A stretch of 64,000 bases of DNA, taken from Pecten maximus. Its lineage: Eukaryota. Below are positions 1-13,345 of this stretch, piece by piece. The position numbers and the translations under genes are program-made. The stretch is from NCBI RefSeq assembly GCF_902652985.1, contig NC_047024.1, positions 17,794,001 through 17,858,000 of the forward strand, read 5' to 3'. Below the pieces are notes generated by a model that saw only the letters and a program-made list of their open reading frames with translations, was not told the origin of the DNA and did no database searches. Positions within the stretch are counted from its first letter, which is position 1, and every line of letters starts with the position of its first letter.

Positions 1-60
1 AAATTACTTATAAAACACAGTATGTATTGCATAATGTGGAAAGGTTGTTTAAAAACTTAC

Positions 61-3000
61 ATTCTTTTCTTGGTTTTGGCCTTGTAGATTTTTCTGCAGT
101 TTTATTTTCCTTTTTAGCCCTCTTTCCTGATTTGCGTGCTGGTTTAGTCACCTCAATATCCATTTCTTCGTCCTCTTCAAACACAGCCAAATTGAAGGGC
201 TTTTTGTTGCCTGAACAGAAATTGACAGATTGTCACTATATTCCCAATATGTAAAAATCATTTAACTCTTTTTGTACCATTACCTAGACTTGTGTTATGT
301 TTGTATAATTTAAACATCAGTTTCAATACTTCACTTCAGATTACTTATAAAACGAGACAGCAAGTCCAGTAAAAACCATTAATAACAAATTGTGGAGTTC
401 TTTCAATAACCAGTATATTATGCTTTGATTACTTTCATGTGACCTAGAACATTCATGAACTCAAACATTTTCCTTTTTTATCTGTGATTTGCTCTCACAG
501 CAATCTAATGTCAATTAAATTCATCAATTATAATGATTTTTTTATATACTGATTCAAAAATCTCTGTTAATTTACACACTGATATCAGAGCGAGGATTTA
601 ATTGTCAACATTACTATCAGGAAATAGTATTTATATCTTGTAAACATTTGAAACTCCTTTAAATCAATTCTACATGGTAATCTAACAATAAAATTAAAAC
701 TACAATAAATGCATTCTTCATATATACCTAATTTTAGCCTATTGTGTATCTTGAATTGTTATTTACGATAATTTCATATCTTTTCAAGTCTTGATAAACA
801 ATGTGATGTATCTGACTTACGCAAAGCCGCTTCCACTTTGTCTCTGTTTTTCTTATCTTCAATTGCAAACTTTTTCTGAATAATAAAAAATGTAAATCTG
901 TTAAAAAAAGGAACGTATAATCATCAGTCATATCACCTGGTAATATATTAACATAGACAAATATTAAACGCATATCAGAACTTGAGTGCCGACTTGATTA
1001 TCTACAAGACATAATGTTTAAGTATTGTTAATCTTCAAATAAATCATGAATACTTTTGGAGAAGACTTATATAGGCTTGCCTGTTGTCCAATCCATTTGT
1101 TTTAGTATAACAATAAAACTTGTTGAAATGAAATGAAATCAATATTGCAAAAATGATGAATATGTCTGTATACCAAAAAGACAACTTACTTTGATGTCAT
1201 TGCGAGACCTCTTTGGAAACACACTATGAATCAGAGAGAAATCTGTGCCAATGTAACTCAATGCTTTGTAGAACTTTTCAGTCTCTGAAAACAATACAGA
1301 AAATATCTATATAGATCAAACCAGTCTTGGAGTTGGACGCTGAAACCAATTTAAGGGAACATCACTCTAAAACATGTTGATATATTATTTTCAGTAATAA
1401 GTTGTGTAAATAGGTTGCCTGGACTTAATAAATTTCTTTTACACAAAATTGCTTACAACAGAAAGCCGATGACAGGGTCCATTGAATTGGGAATTTCTAC
1501 ACGACAAAATGTGACAGTGGGAAAAACGAAAATAGTAAAATCCATACTTTCAGTTTTTCTTTGTTTTTTATTTCATTTTGTTATCTGTAGCTGTTTTTTA
1601 TTTTTCACTATTGCCTTAAAGGTCTTTGTATATAAAACATACTTAATCATTCAAAAGTGATTTCAAAATTCGGAATCTTTTTATGACAAATTGGGAATTT
1701 TCACAAGATTTTTTTTAGGGGAATGGGTCCTTTTAACGGACCCTTTTTCTATTGTAGGAAAATCCCTGATGATGAACTTGTACCTTTCTCCGACCATGAC
1801 AGCTTTTGTCTCTGCTTTCTGAAGCTGGTGTACGTAACGTTAATGTCAGTTTCATCGATCACATCTCCATCCTCCTCTATTACACTGTCGTTATTCTTTA
1901 TCACAAGACTGGAAGATAAATTAAATCATTATAGACCTGATTAATTAGAAATCTATCAAAACGAGTAGATAATACGGAATATCATGAAACGCTCAAGAAT
2001 TTCTTAAATAATGTCACACATTGGTTTGAAAACTCTACAAATAATATCAAGAAAATATTCTTCTAAAATAGCATGTTTGCTAAAATAGCACATTTGCTAA
2101 AATAGCACGTTTGCTAAAATAGCATGTTTGTTCAACATCTAAAGTGATGACATATAATAATGACTTGTATCTCAGATGTGTGGTATTCATCAGGATTTCA
2201 GTATTCTTCAAAAATCCATCAACCTAATGCTCAATCTATGATCAAAGAATCAGAACAGCAACATACAAACTGAGATGTCGAGCCAATATGAATGACATTC
2301 ACATCCAAGTGTTACAGGGCGACAAAAACATTCAGTGGCAGGTTTTTATTATTTCAAAATATTTTAATTGTCAACACAACAGGTATAATCTCAAGGTATT
2401 TTTACATAGAATATCATCAAGATTTGGTGTTGGCAAAAGGGATTGGACAACAGGCTCAGCCTATATTAGTCCTTTCCTATAGATTTCCAGTTTAATGAAC
2501 ATATGAGTATTGCAAAATTAGTATGTAGTTAGAAAATATTAGAAGTTAATAATTGATATGTATAAACAAAGAAAACACATTCTCACTCACTCTCATACTA
2601 CTATGTACTCATGATGTATTTTCAATTGATAGAACTTTTATATAAACAAATGAGTATATAAACATAATTATTACTTATAATTTTGAAAGCGTTTAATTTT
2701 TTTTAGATAAGAACTAGTGTTGGAGAGTATGATTATATTTAAATCAGTTGACAAGTCAATGACACCATATAATAGAACTTGAAGATTGACATATCAAGCA
2801 GGGCAGTGGCAGGGTTAGGTCATCACTACAATCTAACATCAACAGGATACATTCGGTTGGACACATGGCAGTTTGGTTTGGTTTATTTTGTTTAACGTCC
2901 TATTAACAGCTAAGGTCATTTAAGGACGGCCTCCCGTGCGTGCGACATGTATGCGTGTGGTAAGTGTGTATGTGTGTTTTGGGAGGCTGCGGTATGTTCG

Positions 3001-6000
3001 TGTTAAGTCTCCTTGTGATAGGCCGGAACTTTTGCCGATTTATAGTGCTACCTCACTGAAGCATACTGCCGAAGACACCCAGCATCATACCTTTCCTCGT
3101 TGATAATAATGTTGCCATCAGGTCCAATCTTGACCTGTGGTACCGGCATAACTTCATCCTCTGTGGCTTCTGGGTCATCCACCTTTTCTTCCTCCGCTGT
3201 TGGCGCAGTCAGACTGACCACACCTTCTTCCTCATCATCACTTGGAGAGACCGATTTCTTCTTCTTTTTATCTTGTCCAGGTTTCTTCCTGTTACAAAAT
3301 GTCTTAGTTACATTAAGGTGATTACAAGATGAATAATTAACATTATTATACCTTATGTAAGATTCTCGCCTTATTATTGGTCAATTCCTAATCACATGAC
3401 CTGAAACAATATGCAGTGTCAGAAACAGCGGTCAACATTGCCGTGGGATATTGCAATGTTCCCCGCTCCGCCCGAAAACGCACGATTGTTTCTTACGGAA
3501 AATCCCGAACATTGAAAAGGGAGACAATTCTTACAAACGCAACAGTGTAGTTTTACATGAAGAGAACTGTACCAGATAAAACAGATTTTTTCACTAGAAA
3601 ATTTTTCTATTCGGTATAATAAAATAAATAGTGCCCTTGTCTGAGGGGAATATGGAGGATTGCTTCCCCTCGAGAACATTATCTTCCCTCGCCTATTGGC
3701 TCGGGAAGATAATGTTCCCTCGGGGAAACAATCCTCCATATTCCCCTCAGACAAGGGCACTATTTATATAGTGTCTTTCTCACTAACATAACTCCAAAGT
3801 TAAAGCTTGTTCAACTACTCTTTAAAGGACTTGCACAACTAAATAATTTACTATATGTTATTACTAGTGACCCCATCCCTTCATTTGCTGGTTTGAAGTT
3901 CAAATAATGTAAAATTTATATCAAATTAAAGTTTGAAGTTTTTTCTATTGGATAAAAGTTGTAATTATATAGGTTTAATGGCATATAAGAGCTCACGGAT
4001 ACTAGAAAGACAGTAACCCTGACATTTACAGTGAACTGGGGAACCCCCACCTGGAGAATTCCTGCCTTATCCTTCATTATTCTATTTTCAGTATCTCAAA
4101 TCTCAAGACCCTACTCTTCATTCTCGTATATAGAAAGTAACCATTTATTTGCTCAAGAAAATCAGCTACAAACATAAGAAACACATTTTCTTCAGGGATT
4201 TGGTTCAGGTGAAACACCAGCTGATTGGCTGATTTAGTTGTGCGAGTCCTTTAAGCCAGAACAAACCAGAAAGATAACGTCAAATATATTTCTTCAAAAG
4301 TAATTCAGATTGCTACCACAACCAAATTTGACATAAACTTAAATATTACTTCATTGGGTTTGAAGATGGATTCCAGTAAATCAGGTCTCCCATCTTTATC
4401 TTGGTTCGGTCAACCGGAACATCAGTTGGTGCATCAACCTTGGTAGGCTTCTTTCGTTTGGGGGCAGAAGTCTGAAAAGAATCACAATATTTTTGGGTCA
4501 AGTACATTCTTGTTAGAATAATGCAATGTTACTTTACATAGAATCCAAACATCTATCTCACCAGGTCTATCATCAGAACTGATTACATAAAACTATGTCT
4601 GAAACTTTACCTACAAGACTGGAAAATGATGTCAAATGACGTAGTTTCACTTTGGATATGGCATATTAATCCCAATGTAATATTGATACTTCAAGTTGAA
4701 AACTGAGTATCGTATTGCCACCAATTTTTGTGGGCCGAAAATTCCATGATTTTCATGTTAAACAAAAGAATTTTAACGGATTAAATTTTGCAACCTTGCT
4801 TTAAAAGGATAGCTAATTTTCTTTATTGTTGGTCCTGATGTTGAATTACAAACTGTTCAGTGGTTCTTGGTCAAAAATTCTGTCACCTTTGTAGAAACAT
4901 TCACCTATTCAGGTTGTCTGTATCCTTTTCAGTAGACATTTGTTTTAAATGTTTTATTGGTATATTTAGCAGTCAAACACTAGTATAGTTCAACAAAATT
5001 AAGCAACAATTAATGCTTATCAACATATTGTGTATTACTTTTGTTATAACATAAACAAAACATAATTATACAGCATATATTGTGTTCTGAACAATTATAA
5101 TTATTGAAATAACCTTGGATGATTGGAGGCGGCTAAGGTGGTTAAACATGGTGCAATACAATGACAGTATTAATCGCAGTTTAACTATAAATTATTTTGC
5201 CGGTAGTGTTGGGACGATGATCGGTAAAGATCGATTAGCGATCGTTTATAGCATCTCGATGCCGATGATCGATGGCAAACATCAACAATCGATCATCGGC
5301 AAATATAAAAAGGTACCGAAACGAACGAACCTCATGATCAGTATATGTAATCGAACGCGCCCGTCAAACAATGTACAAAGATGGCGGCCGCTGAAGAAAA
5401 TCTAAGGGAAATATACCCAAACCCAGGCTCCATAACGAAATCAGATGTTTGGAAATTCTTCGGATTTTATAAAATTAATGATAATGAACCACCATCAAAA
5501 AAGAATTTGGATACAACGCAAGCTGTTTGCCGTCTATGCCGCAAGATTTACAGAAATACAGGTAAGTTCTACCAAGCTAACAAACTCGTACGGCAGACGT
5601 AACGTGTTTCATTTGTAAACTCAAAATTGTATCAGCCGTTTAGAACGCTTGTCAGTTGTATATTTATTATCTTTGAACAAGTATCAACTTAATGTTTTCT
5701 TCCGTCGTTTTCAGGAAATACTACGAATTTCAGAGCCCATATTGACGGGGAACACAAATTACCGTCGGGAAATTCCACACAATCGCGATCAGACAAAGTT
5801 GAAACAAAATTAGTTCAACCAACAATATCGGCTGCATTTGTCAAAAGATGTGATGTTGTATCAGGATCAAATACTGTATTGAGTCAAGAACGGAGAGGAC
5901 GGGTCGATGATGCAATATATCAACAGACATTAAAAACAATAATTTCCAGGGAGATCTGAGTGCATGTATTGTATTTGCATTTGTGAGTTTTTCACCCTTG

Positions 6001-8465
6001 TTCGTATACATGTTCAATAAATGTTTACTATTATTTTCTAGTCAAAAAAATGGTGTGTCAAAAATGTCAAAAACTGTCAATTGTCTAGTCAAGAATGTTT
6101 AGTTATTGTTTACTATTATTTTCTAGTCAAAAAAATGGTGTGTCAAAAATGTCAAAAACTGTCAATTGTCTAGTCAAGAATGTTTAGTTATTGCTCTGTT
6201 ATAAATACTAAATTGTTATTGTTTATCAGTTTAATAGCTCAATTAAGCTGTTTTCATTGTTAATAAAAATATTGTTTTTCTTGATTGTAGCTTTTTGTGA
6301 TTGATGTGTCCTCATGATCTAGTAATTAAAATTATTTTGAGAAATCCTCAAATCCCAAAAACATATCAAGTTGGAACACCCCTTTTCTATAGTGCTTAAA
6401 GGAACTGGTTAAGTGATTCATAAAGTGGCATTAACATATTAGAGACTTTATTATGTTTCACATACTACAGAGGGGGGTGAAGCATACAGTACACATACAA
6501 CACAAAATAAAGTAAACAAAGGCAGATAACTGAAAACAGTTTATTTCCATGCTAAGTTACTAATATTCAATGGAATTTTAAAGATATTAAAGTTATAAAT
6601 GCATTGGAAAAGTAAACCGATTATTTCACCGATTATCGGATCGAATAGGGTATCCGATTCCAACCGATGATCGATTATTATTTTCAACCGATTTCCCAAC
6701 ACTATTTGCCGGTAATATTTACCCAAGTATCATAATTTTACTGTCCTAATTTTCACCCCTAGGTCAATTGCCAGCGAAAAGGTGAAAATATCCCCATAAA
6801 AATAATCGGCTATACGGTATGTCCTTATTTTGAAATATACCGTAACTCTTTTAGAAAACTGTTAAAAGCATAACAATAATTGTTGATAAGAGTCGCACCC
6901 TACCTCTGCTACACTGGTATGCCGATGCCTTTTCTCTCCAGCCACCGTCTCACTTGTACTCATCTGTCTTTGCCTTCGTTCTATGACAGGCAGTACATCT
7001 ACACCACTCAGATTGCGATGACGACGCTCTGCTACAGTTGTCTCCCCTGGTATTCTTGTATCTGACCTGGAAGCTTGACCGCTTGTGTCCATTGCCTCTG
7101 TGGTTGGATAGTGGACCTGGAGCTCTCTTGCCACAACCACAGACTTCTCAGGTGAGGAGAGTGCTTTATCGGGGGACTGACTACAAAACCAATATTTTAA
7201 GCATGTTCATCTACGGTCAGAGACAGTTAAGAATTGGGCGAAATAATCTTATGAAAGGTTTATTTTACCAGCTACTTTAGGAATCACACTGCAATATATT
7301 TGTAGCATAATCCAATCGTAATGATGATTTGATTTTACTTATTTTTTCAAGGTACTTTTTAAAAAAAAATTCTTGAATAAAGATGTTGAATTGAGAATGA
7401 ACTCTGAAGCAGCACTTGTTTTCAAGTTTAATAAAATATGAGATAATGAATGGATCATAATTTGTGGTGGTTTTATATGTACATCATCATATCAATTCAA
7501 AAACTTTCACTACTACAAAATCTCCAGTAGAAAAAAATATGGTAGGGTGTCATACCTGATAATTGGTCTTGGTGATTTCATTGGAGATGAAGGGCCACTT
7601 TGGTTCGCACCTCCTTTAATAGTAAGCTCAGGGGCTCTGCAAGATACATTAAACACTCGTTCAAGAAAATAATGTAAATATAAACATAGACCTATATATT
7701 GGTGTAATACTTCATAATTAAAATCTCACTAGATATAAATTTTGTTTCTGTTGTCTTAAATTTTTTTTCCGTTGAACTAAATTAAATCAAATAGACTGAT
7801 AAGATTTCATGCTAACGAGCTGCAACAAGTTTTAAAAACAATGAAAATATGATCATATATTATTGCACTTCCTTTACTGTTAAAAATCTACACGAGTGAT
7901 TTGCTTATCAAAATTGTTTATAAGCCTAGGACTCTTACTTTTTGGGTCTTCCTGAATCAGAAAGGTTTGGCCTAGCCTTTGGCAGTCTGTTTCGTGTGAT
8001 CATCTGTACTTTGTTTTTGGGTGGGACCAGTATTTTTGGTAACACTGGTATCACATCCCCGCCATCTTTCCCAGGAGCTACTGTCTTGCTCTTGTCTGGC
8101 ACTCCAGATATGGCCATATCTTTAGTTTCTTCACTCGTTGTTTGGACAGGGGAGATAATTTCAGAATTATGTGCTTCACTTTTGCTGTCAGTACTACCAG
8201 CATTCTCGACATGATTATTTATTGGTTGCGTTTGTCTTTCTAGTTCATCCGTTGTGACCGACGCATCTTTCTCCAGTTCCTTGTCATTATCTTCGTCACT
8301 GACTTTTTTCCTCAACCTTTCCAATGTTTCTTTCTTTGGAACAGGAGAAGCAGGTGGTTGTTTACCCTTCTTGTCTGGAGCAAGTTTTGTTAACCCAGAT
8401 TTGGTTCCCCCAACCTTTGGCCCAAGGTTGGGTTTTATACTTAATCTTGAGCGTCTTGTTGCCAT
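61..8465 (-). CDS. BDP1: Transcription factor TFIIIB component B'' homolog (5' part; gene continues past the window start)
   Basis: Hand-spliced GT-AG exons in consistent phase: 8465-7939, 7636-7556, 7180-6904, 4471-4350, 3288-3091, 1908-1784, 1284-1190, 875-821, 210-61. Translation shows BDP1 hallmarks: N-terminal [50 protein letters not shown], and a SANT/Myb domain TYTSFRK...[39 protein letters not shown]. Confidence 0.93.
2062..2130. repeat. 17-bp tandem repeat (taaaatagcatgtttgc) x4
   Basis: Four near-identical units read directly in a BDP1 intron. Confidence 0.8.
2872..3084 (-). mobile_element. 5'-truncated SINE (probably Meta-domain family), sense in a BDP1 intron
   Basis: Nearly identical to 17234-17466 and partly to 31508-31662. 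Ends in ...ccttaaatgaccttagctgttaataggacgttaaacaaaataaaccaaacc. Confidence 0.85.
3624..3767. mobile_element. About 144-bp near-perfect palindrome, probably the terminal hairpin of a non-autonomous (Crypton-like) element starting near 3340
   Basis: ataaatagtgcccttgtctgaggggaatatggaggattg...caatcctccatattcccctcagacaagggcactatttat forms an inverted repeat. The family assignment is inference. Confidence 0.65.
3826..4250. mobile_element. Non-autonomous TIR element with TTAA target duplication (Kolobok-type)
   Basis: TTAA|aggacttgcacaactaaat ... atttagttgtgcgagtcct|TTAA: 19-bp TIR with 1 mismatch and AG/CT termini. Confidence 0.8.
5204..6704 (+). mobile_element. Internally deleted hAT DNA transposon
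   Basis: TIR tagtgttggga/tcccaacacta; perfect 8-bp TSD tttgccgg (5196-5203, 6705-6712); subterminal cgat-rich repeats; BED-finger coding remnant; internal ~85-bp direct duplication at ~6022-6193. Confidence 0.92.
5381..5959 (+). CDS. BED zinc-finger-only ORF (141 aa) of the hAT deletion derivative, two exons 5381-5561 and 5715-5959
   Basis: [10 protein letters not shown]...AVCRLC...[14 protein letters not shown] is a BED finger. Canonical gtaag/ttcag intron; stop TGA at 5957-5959; AATAAA at 6016. No DDE catalytic region. Confidence 0.7.
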
Positions 8466-8965
8466 CTCTGACTTTTCAAACTCTGAAATAATGAACAAAT
8501 TATAAAGTATATATATTTTGTAAATTAAATGAACATGCATATTTTTAAAAATAATTTAGATTTATGATTTTCACAAAATCTTGTTAGAGAGGAAATGATT
8601 CCTTCAACAAAATGTGCTGGTTACCTTGTTGTTAGGAATGGAAATTGATCTAAACATACTTTCACCTACTTCTTGTAAGTTCTGAAAATATCAAAAGCAT
8701 ATTATCACTATTTTGTTGCTGGGACCTATACTACTCCAATAATATTAGAGGTTTACACGACAGGAAACTTTTGACAGGCTGTCATGTAACGATATCCACC
8801 AATGTAATCAGGTGGAATAAGACCTCATATACGTATAGGAGTAGGACCTATACCCTTTTTTCAGTATCTAATTCACAAGTATTTTCCTGTGGATAACATG
8901 GATTGCTAAATATTGTGTTAATTGAATTATTTTGCATATAGGCATAATCGGTGGCATGCATTTAA

Positions 8966-9793
8966 AGGGACATCACGGTAAAAACGTTGTAATTTTCAAT
9001 GAATGTACGTGTTTTGTTCCTTTCCAGTTATGTTTCTGTGCTGTCCCAATGGTTACAGTCGATCCTCATGTCCAGCTTGACCACTTGATTTATTTGGGAA
9101 TCCCCCTCTAAATTTAGCGCGGAAATTATTTTTAAATCATCACGTAACTGTTTTGAAATCGAGGCAACACAAACACACGATAGTTTACATGGCGAATTAT
9201 TAGTTGGACAATGATATTATACAGTGGTTTAAATGTTAAATAACACGTTCTGTATATATTCCGGCACATATATTTATGTATAGTATAGTGACAGTAGCGA
9301 TGTACTGGTACAGACTGTATAAATATTACCGAGTTTCTGTAAATATTACCGAGATTGTCATGACCTACTATCCAGCAATCAAGCAGAATACGAGCAGCGT
9401 CCGTATTACTGCTGTTTTCATGTTTGAACTGTATTGTACTGCTTCCCCAGTTTAATTCTAGGATTGTGTTTGACCCATTTTCCAATTATTTTCTTCATTG
9501 CGGAAGCTGTTATCGTTTTCAACCGCAGTCGATTCACATTGGAAGCCATTTTTGTTTTCAGGTGTTTTAGTGTGTTGTGCGCATACGTGTTATCGTATAT
9601 GTCACAAAATTTGCATATTCAGACTATTGATCAACGAATTGTGATAACCTTTTTATAATTAATAATTGATGTTTTTTATATACATATATCATCAAATTCG
9701 AATGTTTATTGTTCATAAGGATATTTTTTTTAAAGATATACCCAATAATATGAAAAAATAAAAAATAAAAAATTGGTTTACCGTGATATCCCT
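8966..9793. mobile_element. Non-autonomous TIR element with TTAA target duplication (Kolobok-type)
   Basis: TTAA|agggacatcacggtaaa ... tttaccgtgatatccct|TTAA: 17-bp TIR with 1 mismatch. Confidence 0.8.
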
Positions 9794-9829
9794 TTAAATT
9801 GATCTGTAAAAGTTCAAGGAGAAGTAGTG

Positions 9830-9937
9830 TACAGCCAGCCGGGATCGAAACCGCGACCCCCGGCTTACTGGTCCGCTGCTCTACTGACCGAGCTTAAGGG
9901 AAATTCCCCCTAGCCGGAAGCTAGAAGGCGACCATAC
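9830..9937 (-). mobile_element. tRNA-derived SINE head / tRNA pseudogene
   Basis: Minus strand reads aagctcggtcagtagagcagcggaccagtaagccgggggtcgcggtttcgatcccggc, with A-box and B-box-like motifs but a poor acceptor stem. Confidence 0.6.
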
Positions 9938-11759
9938 AACTATGTACAGCATTTACAATTAAAACCCGGCCTGCTACAGATCCAAACTCACTACACTTCA
10001 TGATAATTCTCAGTACCGAAAGTCTCAGCAACTTCTGAAACGTATGTTTATTACTATAATCATACTGTACTCTGGTTGCATGCTGACTGTACCCAGGACA
10101 TCTAATTGACCCTAGATTTTCAGCAATTTCGGAAGTCAAATTACCATTTCTCAGAAATCTGAAGGGTTAAAACATGTCAACTAGGCATGTTTCTTCAAAC
10201 CAGAGTCTAATCTTATTTTGGGGAGTCAAAAATTAACCATACTCTCAAGGATCTACAGGACTCCCTGGCTGTTCCTGTATTTGTGTATAAGAGTTGGGGT
10301 TATCAAGGTCTGTTCCTTAATTTACGAAATGTCAACAAATGTTTAAATTCGGACAGAATTTCCAAATGATAACTCTGTGCACAGGGTTTTGCGTAATTAA
10401 ATGATTATGATAATAATAACAGAGTCGAGATCAATATAAACATGATGCTATATTATCTTAATTGATCTCGACTGTAGTTTTAATTATCATCATTAGCATA
10501 ATCCATCACCAGGTTATATTTCCTGTGGTCTGCTTGTACTCAATATGGTACGAAAACCAGTGTCGCTCGATCCCGTTTGACTCACACTTTTAGAAATCTG
10601 TGTGGTATATATGAGTATTTGGTTCCATTGCGTGGTGAGAAACACGTCTAAACCACAGAACAAAAATTAGTATATTGCTAACACTTCAAATTGTCTTCAA
10701 CATCCATTCAATATCTCGTGTTCCTCATGTGTCTTCCATGGTGGTCGAATAGCTTAACTTCCGGTACGGAGTTCTTATATATTACGGAATGAAATACAAA
10801 CGGGTCAGAGGTGATGCAATGTCGTGAAATAGTGCAGGATCATATAGTCGATAAGAAACAAAATGCAATATGTTCATTGATGTGTAAACTTTAACAGACA
10901 AAATAAAATGATACCATGCATATTATGTATTTATAGATGTTTTATGGAAAAAAATAATTTAGCTATTTTTTGTTTTCTGTATTTGATTCAATATAGTTGC
11001 AAATTAGTTATAGACTATATGTGCAAAACTTTGTCATTACGAAATTTTCTAAAAATAAATAACGATTACTATATAACCTTGTTGTTGGTGACCAAACTAT
11101 CATTACTAAACTTACATCTCATCGTTCATCATGTGCTGAACACTGATTTCCCCAAGGTTTTTCTGAACAACAGGTATGTAAAATTTAATGGTTCTACAAC
11201 CATCAGTACTAGATGCAATGTACGTACGTACATGTACCTTGTACAATGTAGTTGATTAAACGATTAATACGTTATTGTAGAGATTAAACAATCTAGTTCT
11301 GAATAAATCAATTCGTATTTTTAAATATTCATTTTATTTACAAAAGTTTTTTTTCCAATGCAGTCACATTAATATTGTTCATTCGTACTAAATACTAACC
11401 CATTTACACCAGATTTGTCTTTCATACAGTCATATTTCTCATACCATAAAAGCTATAAAAAAAATCGTAATGACTGCATACAGAAAGTTAATATTTCATT
11501 TTAAATAATACTGTATTGCTATAAGGAGGAAAATGGCCGAGAAAAAGAAAGAACGAGAAACAGGTGATAGGACAGAAATGAGAGAAAGAATGGAATGGAA
11601 GATATGGGAAGCTTATTCAGAACAGGCGTATCATGGAAGGAACTCTAAACCGAGTTAATTTAGGTTAAATCACTAGATAGTAACTGGGTAATTAAAATTT
11701 TATTCGTTGATGAAGATTTTGTAAACAGTTGCGTCAGGTTTTAGGCAATATCTATAAGT

Positions 11760-12340
11760 ATGATCCATTTCTTCCATTCATATGGGTCTTATTTACCACA
11801 TGGAATACATTTTCAACCACACAGTTTTCTTTTATTACATTTACTATAGAGACGTAACAAAGAGAGTAATGTGTACAGTTCTGGTTCTGTAGATATAAGG
11901 CTTAATTAGAAGAACAATTTCGTTATCGACACCATTATAAATGCCTGTATTATTTACCATTCCAAATAACAATATTCCTTTATTAATCTGTAATGAAATT
12001 GTTACTGCATCTAGCAATCTTTCAAGACTTGTCAGAAATATCTGGACGTCCTGACATTCCCATAACATATGAAGAATTGGCTCCCTTTCTCTATTACAAA
12101 TATTACAATCGGGATTGTTAGATAATCCTATACTGTATACATAGGTTGTTAGAATGAAGTGGTTAACCTTGAATTGTAGCTAGCAGAGTTTAGAATTTTG
12201 AGTTGTTCGAAAAGGATTACTGTATTTTTTCCCCATTTCTCTTTATTAAAATCAAAGATATTCCCCCATTTTTGCTGACCAGTTATATCGGTATTTTTTC
12301 TCAACAGAAAAAGGTAGAAGTCCTACTACCCTTATTTATT
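11760..12340 (-). mobile_element. Degenerate 3' end of an L1/Tx1-type LINE ORF2
   Basis: Minus translation QFKVNHFILTT...SNNPDCNICNREREPILHMLWECQDVQIF...ILLFG...LLIKPYIYRTR matches the C-terminal CxxC...H...C knuckle of L1/Tx1 ORF2; disrupted. Confidence 0.7.
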
Positions 12341-13345
12341 CGATTTTTGATAAGCAGTGAAAGATAGAATAGTTCAATATGTACAAATCTAATCTATAAT
12401 CAGACGGTACATTAGCGATCTGAAGTCTAAAAGGTCACTGTTGTAAATGTCTATAGATATATATACATACAAATGTATATGGTTTGTACTAAAATTAATG
12501 AATATAATTTTTACTATCTAGGCTGATCTTCGCCAATGGGCTGATACACGTAATTTATTTAGGCTTTGTTTGCCTAGCTCATACTGTTTACGCCCTGGGA
12601 ATCTGAGTGTGTGAAAGCTGGTTTCCGCGAAAATTACTTGTTTTATTTGTTAAAACAATTTTCTAAACATTGTTATTATGAAGTTATTCAATATTTTACG
12701 CATTCTTGAACACATATATATCGTCTAGCAGGCTGGAACGTTTTTACTACAAGTGGAAAATAATGACTTATTTCATTTTTTTCAGGAATCACGATGTTCT
12801 AGAGATAATCAACATGGGGATATAAAGATAGAGCAATAAATCTCGCCATGTAATGTTGTGCTGAAGCAACAAATCAGTATGGTGATTTAAGGAGAAAGTA
12901 AAGGAATTCACGGGACGTTGGACCTGGAGGAATTGCCACTTGCTAATTAATATGGCGTATTAAGGCGGCGTGGACCTAATGGACGTCAAGACAGGGAAAT
13001 GATTCGTTACAGTTGAATAGTGAATGCTGTGCATGCACTTCAACAAACATGGCTGAAAGTCACGTGTATGATATGCACGTGCGTTTCGGTCGCCGAGACG
13101 GAAAGGACCTAGATGTGGGCTAGGCAATATCTGCCCAATGCCCAAGGGCGATATGTCAACACCTGAAACGTATGATGGATGATCGCCCGAACAACATCGC
13201 ACGGATGCACCTGGCCTTGATGGGATCTGTACTCTCCTAGAAACGCCAATGGCATTTTTAAAGGAGACGAACATCCATGGAATGATCGGTTACGGAATCG
13301 AGTGGGAGGATGTGTGAAGGTGGGGATTGTGTCATCACCGTCAAA

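Noticed and set aside
9830-9937. Functional tRNA genes here and at 40137
   Set aside because: Acceptor stems do not pair cleanly, and the 40137 copy continues into SINE core and tail sequence.
11533-11658. Short ORF MAEKKKERETG... as first exon of the PrdX gene
   Set aside because: Ends in a stop codon, and no convincing in-phase splice to the PrdX exon could be established.
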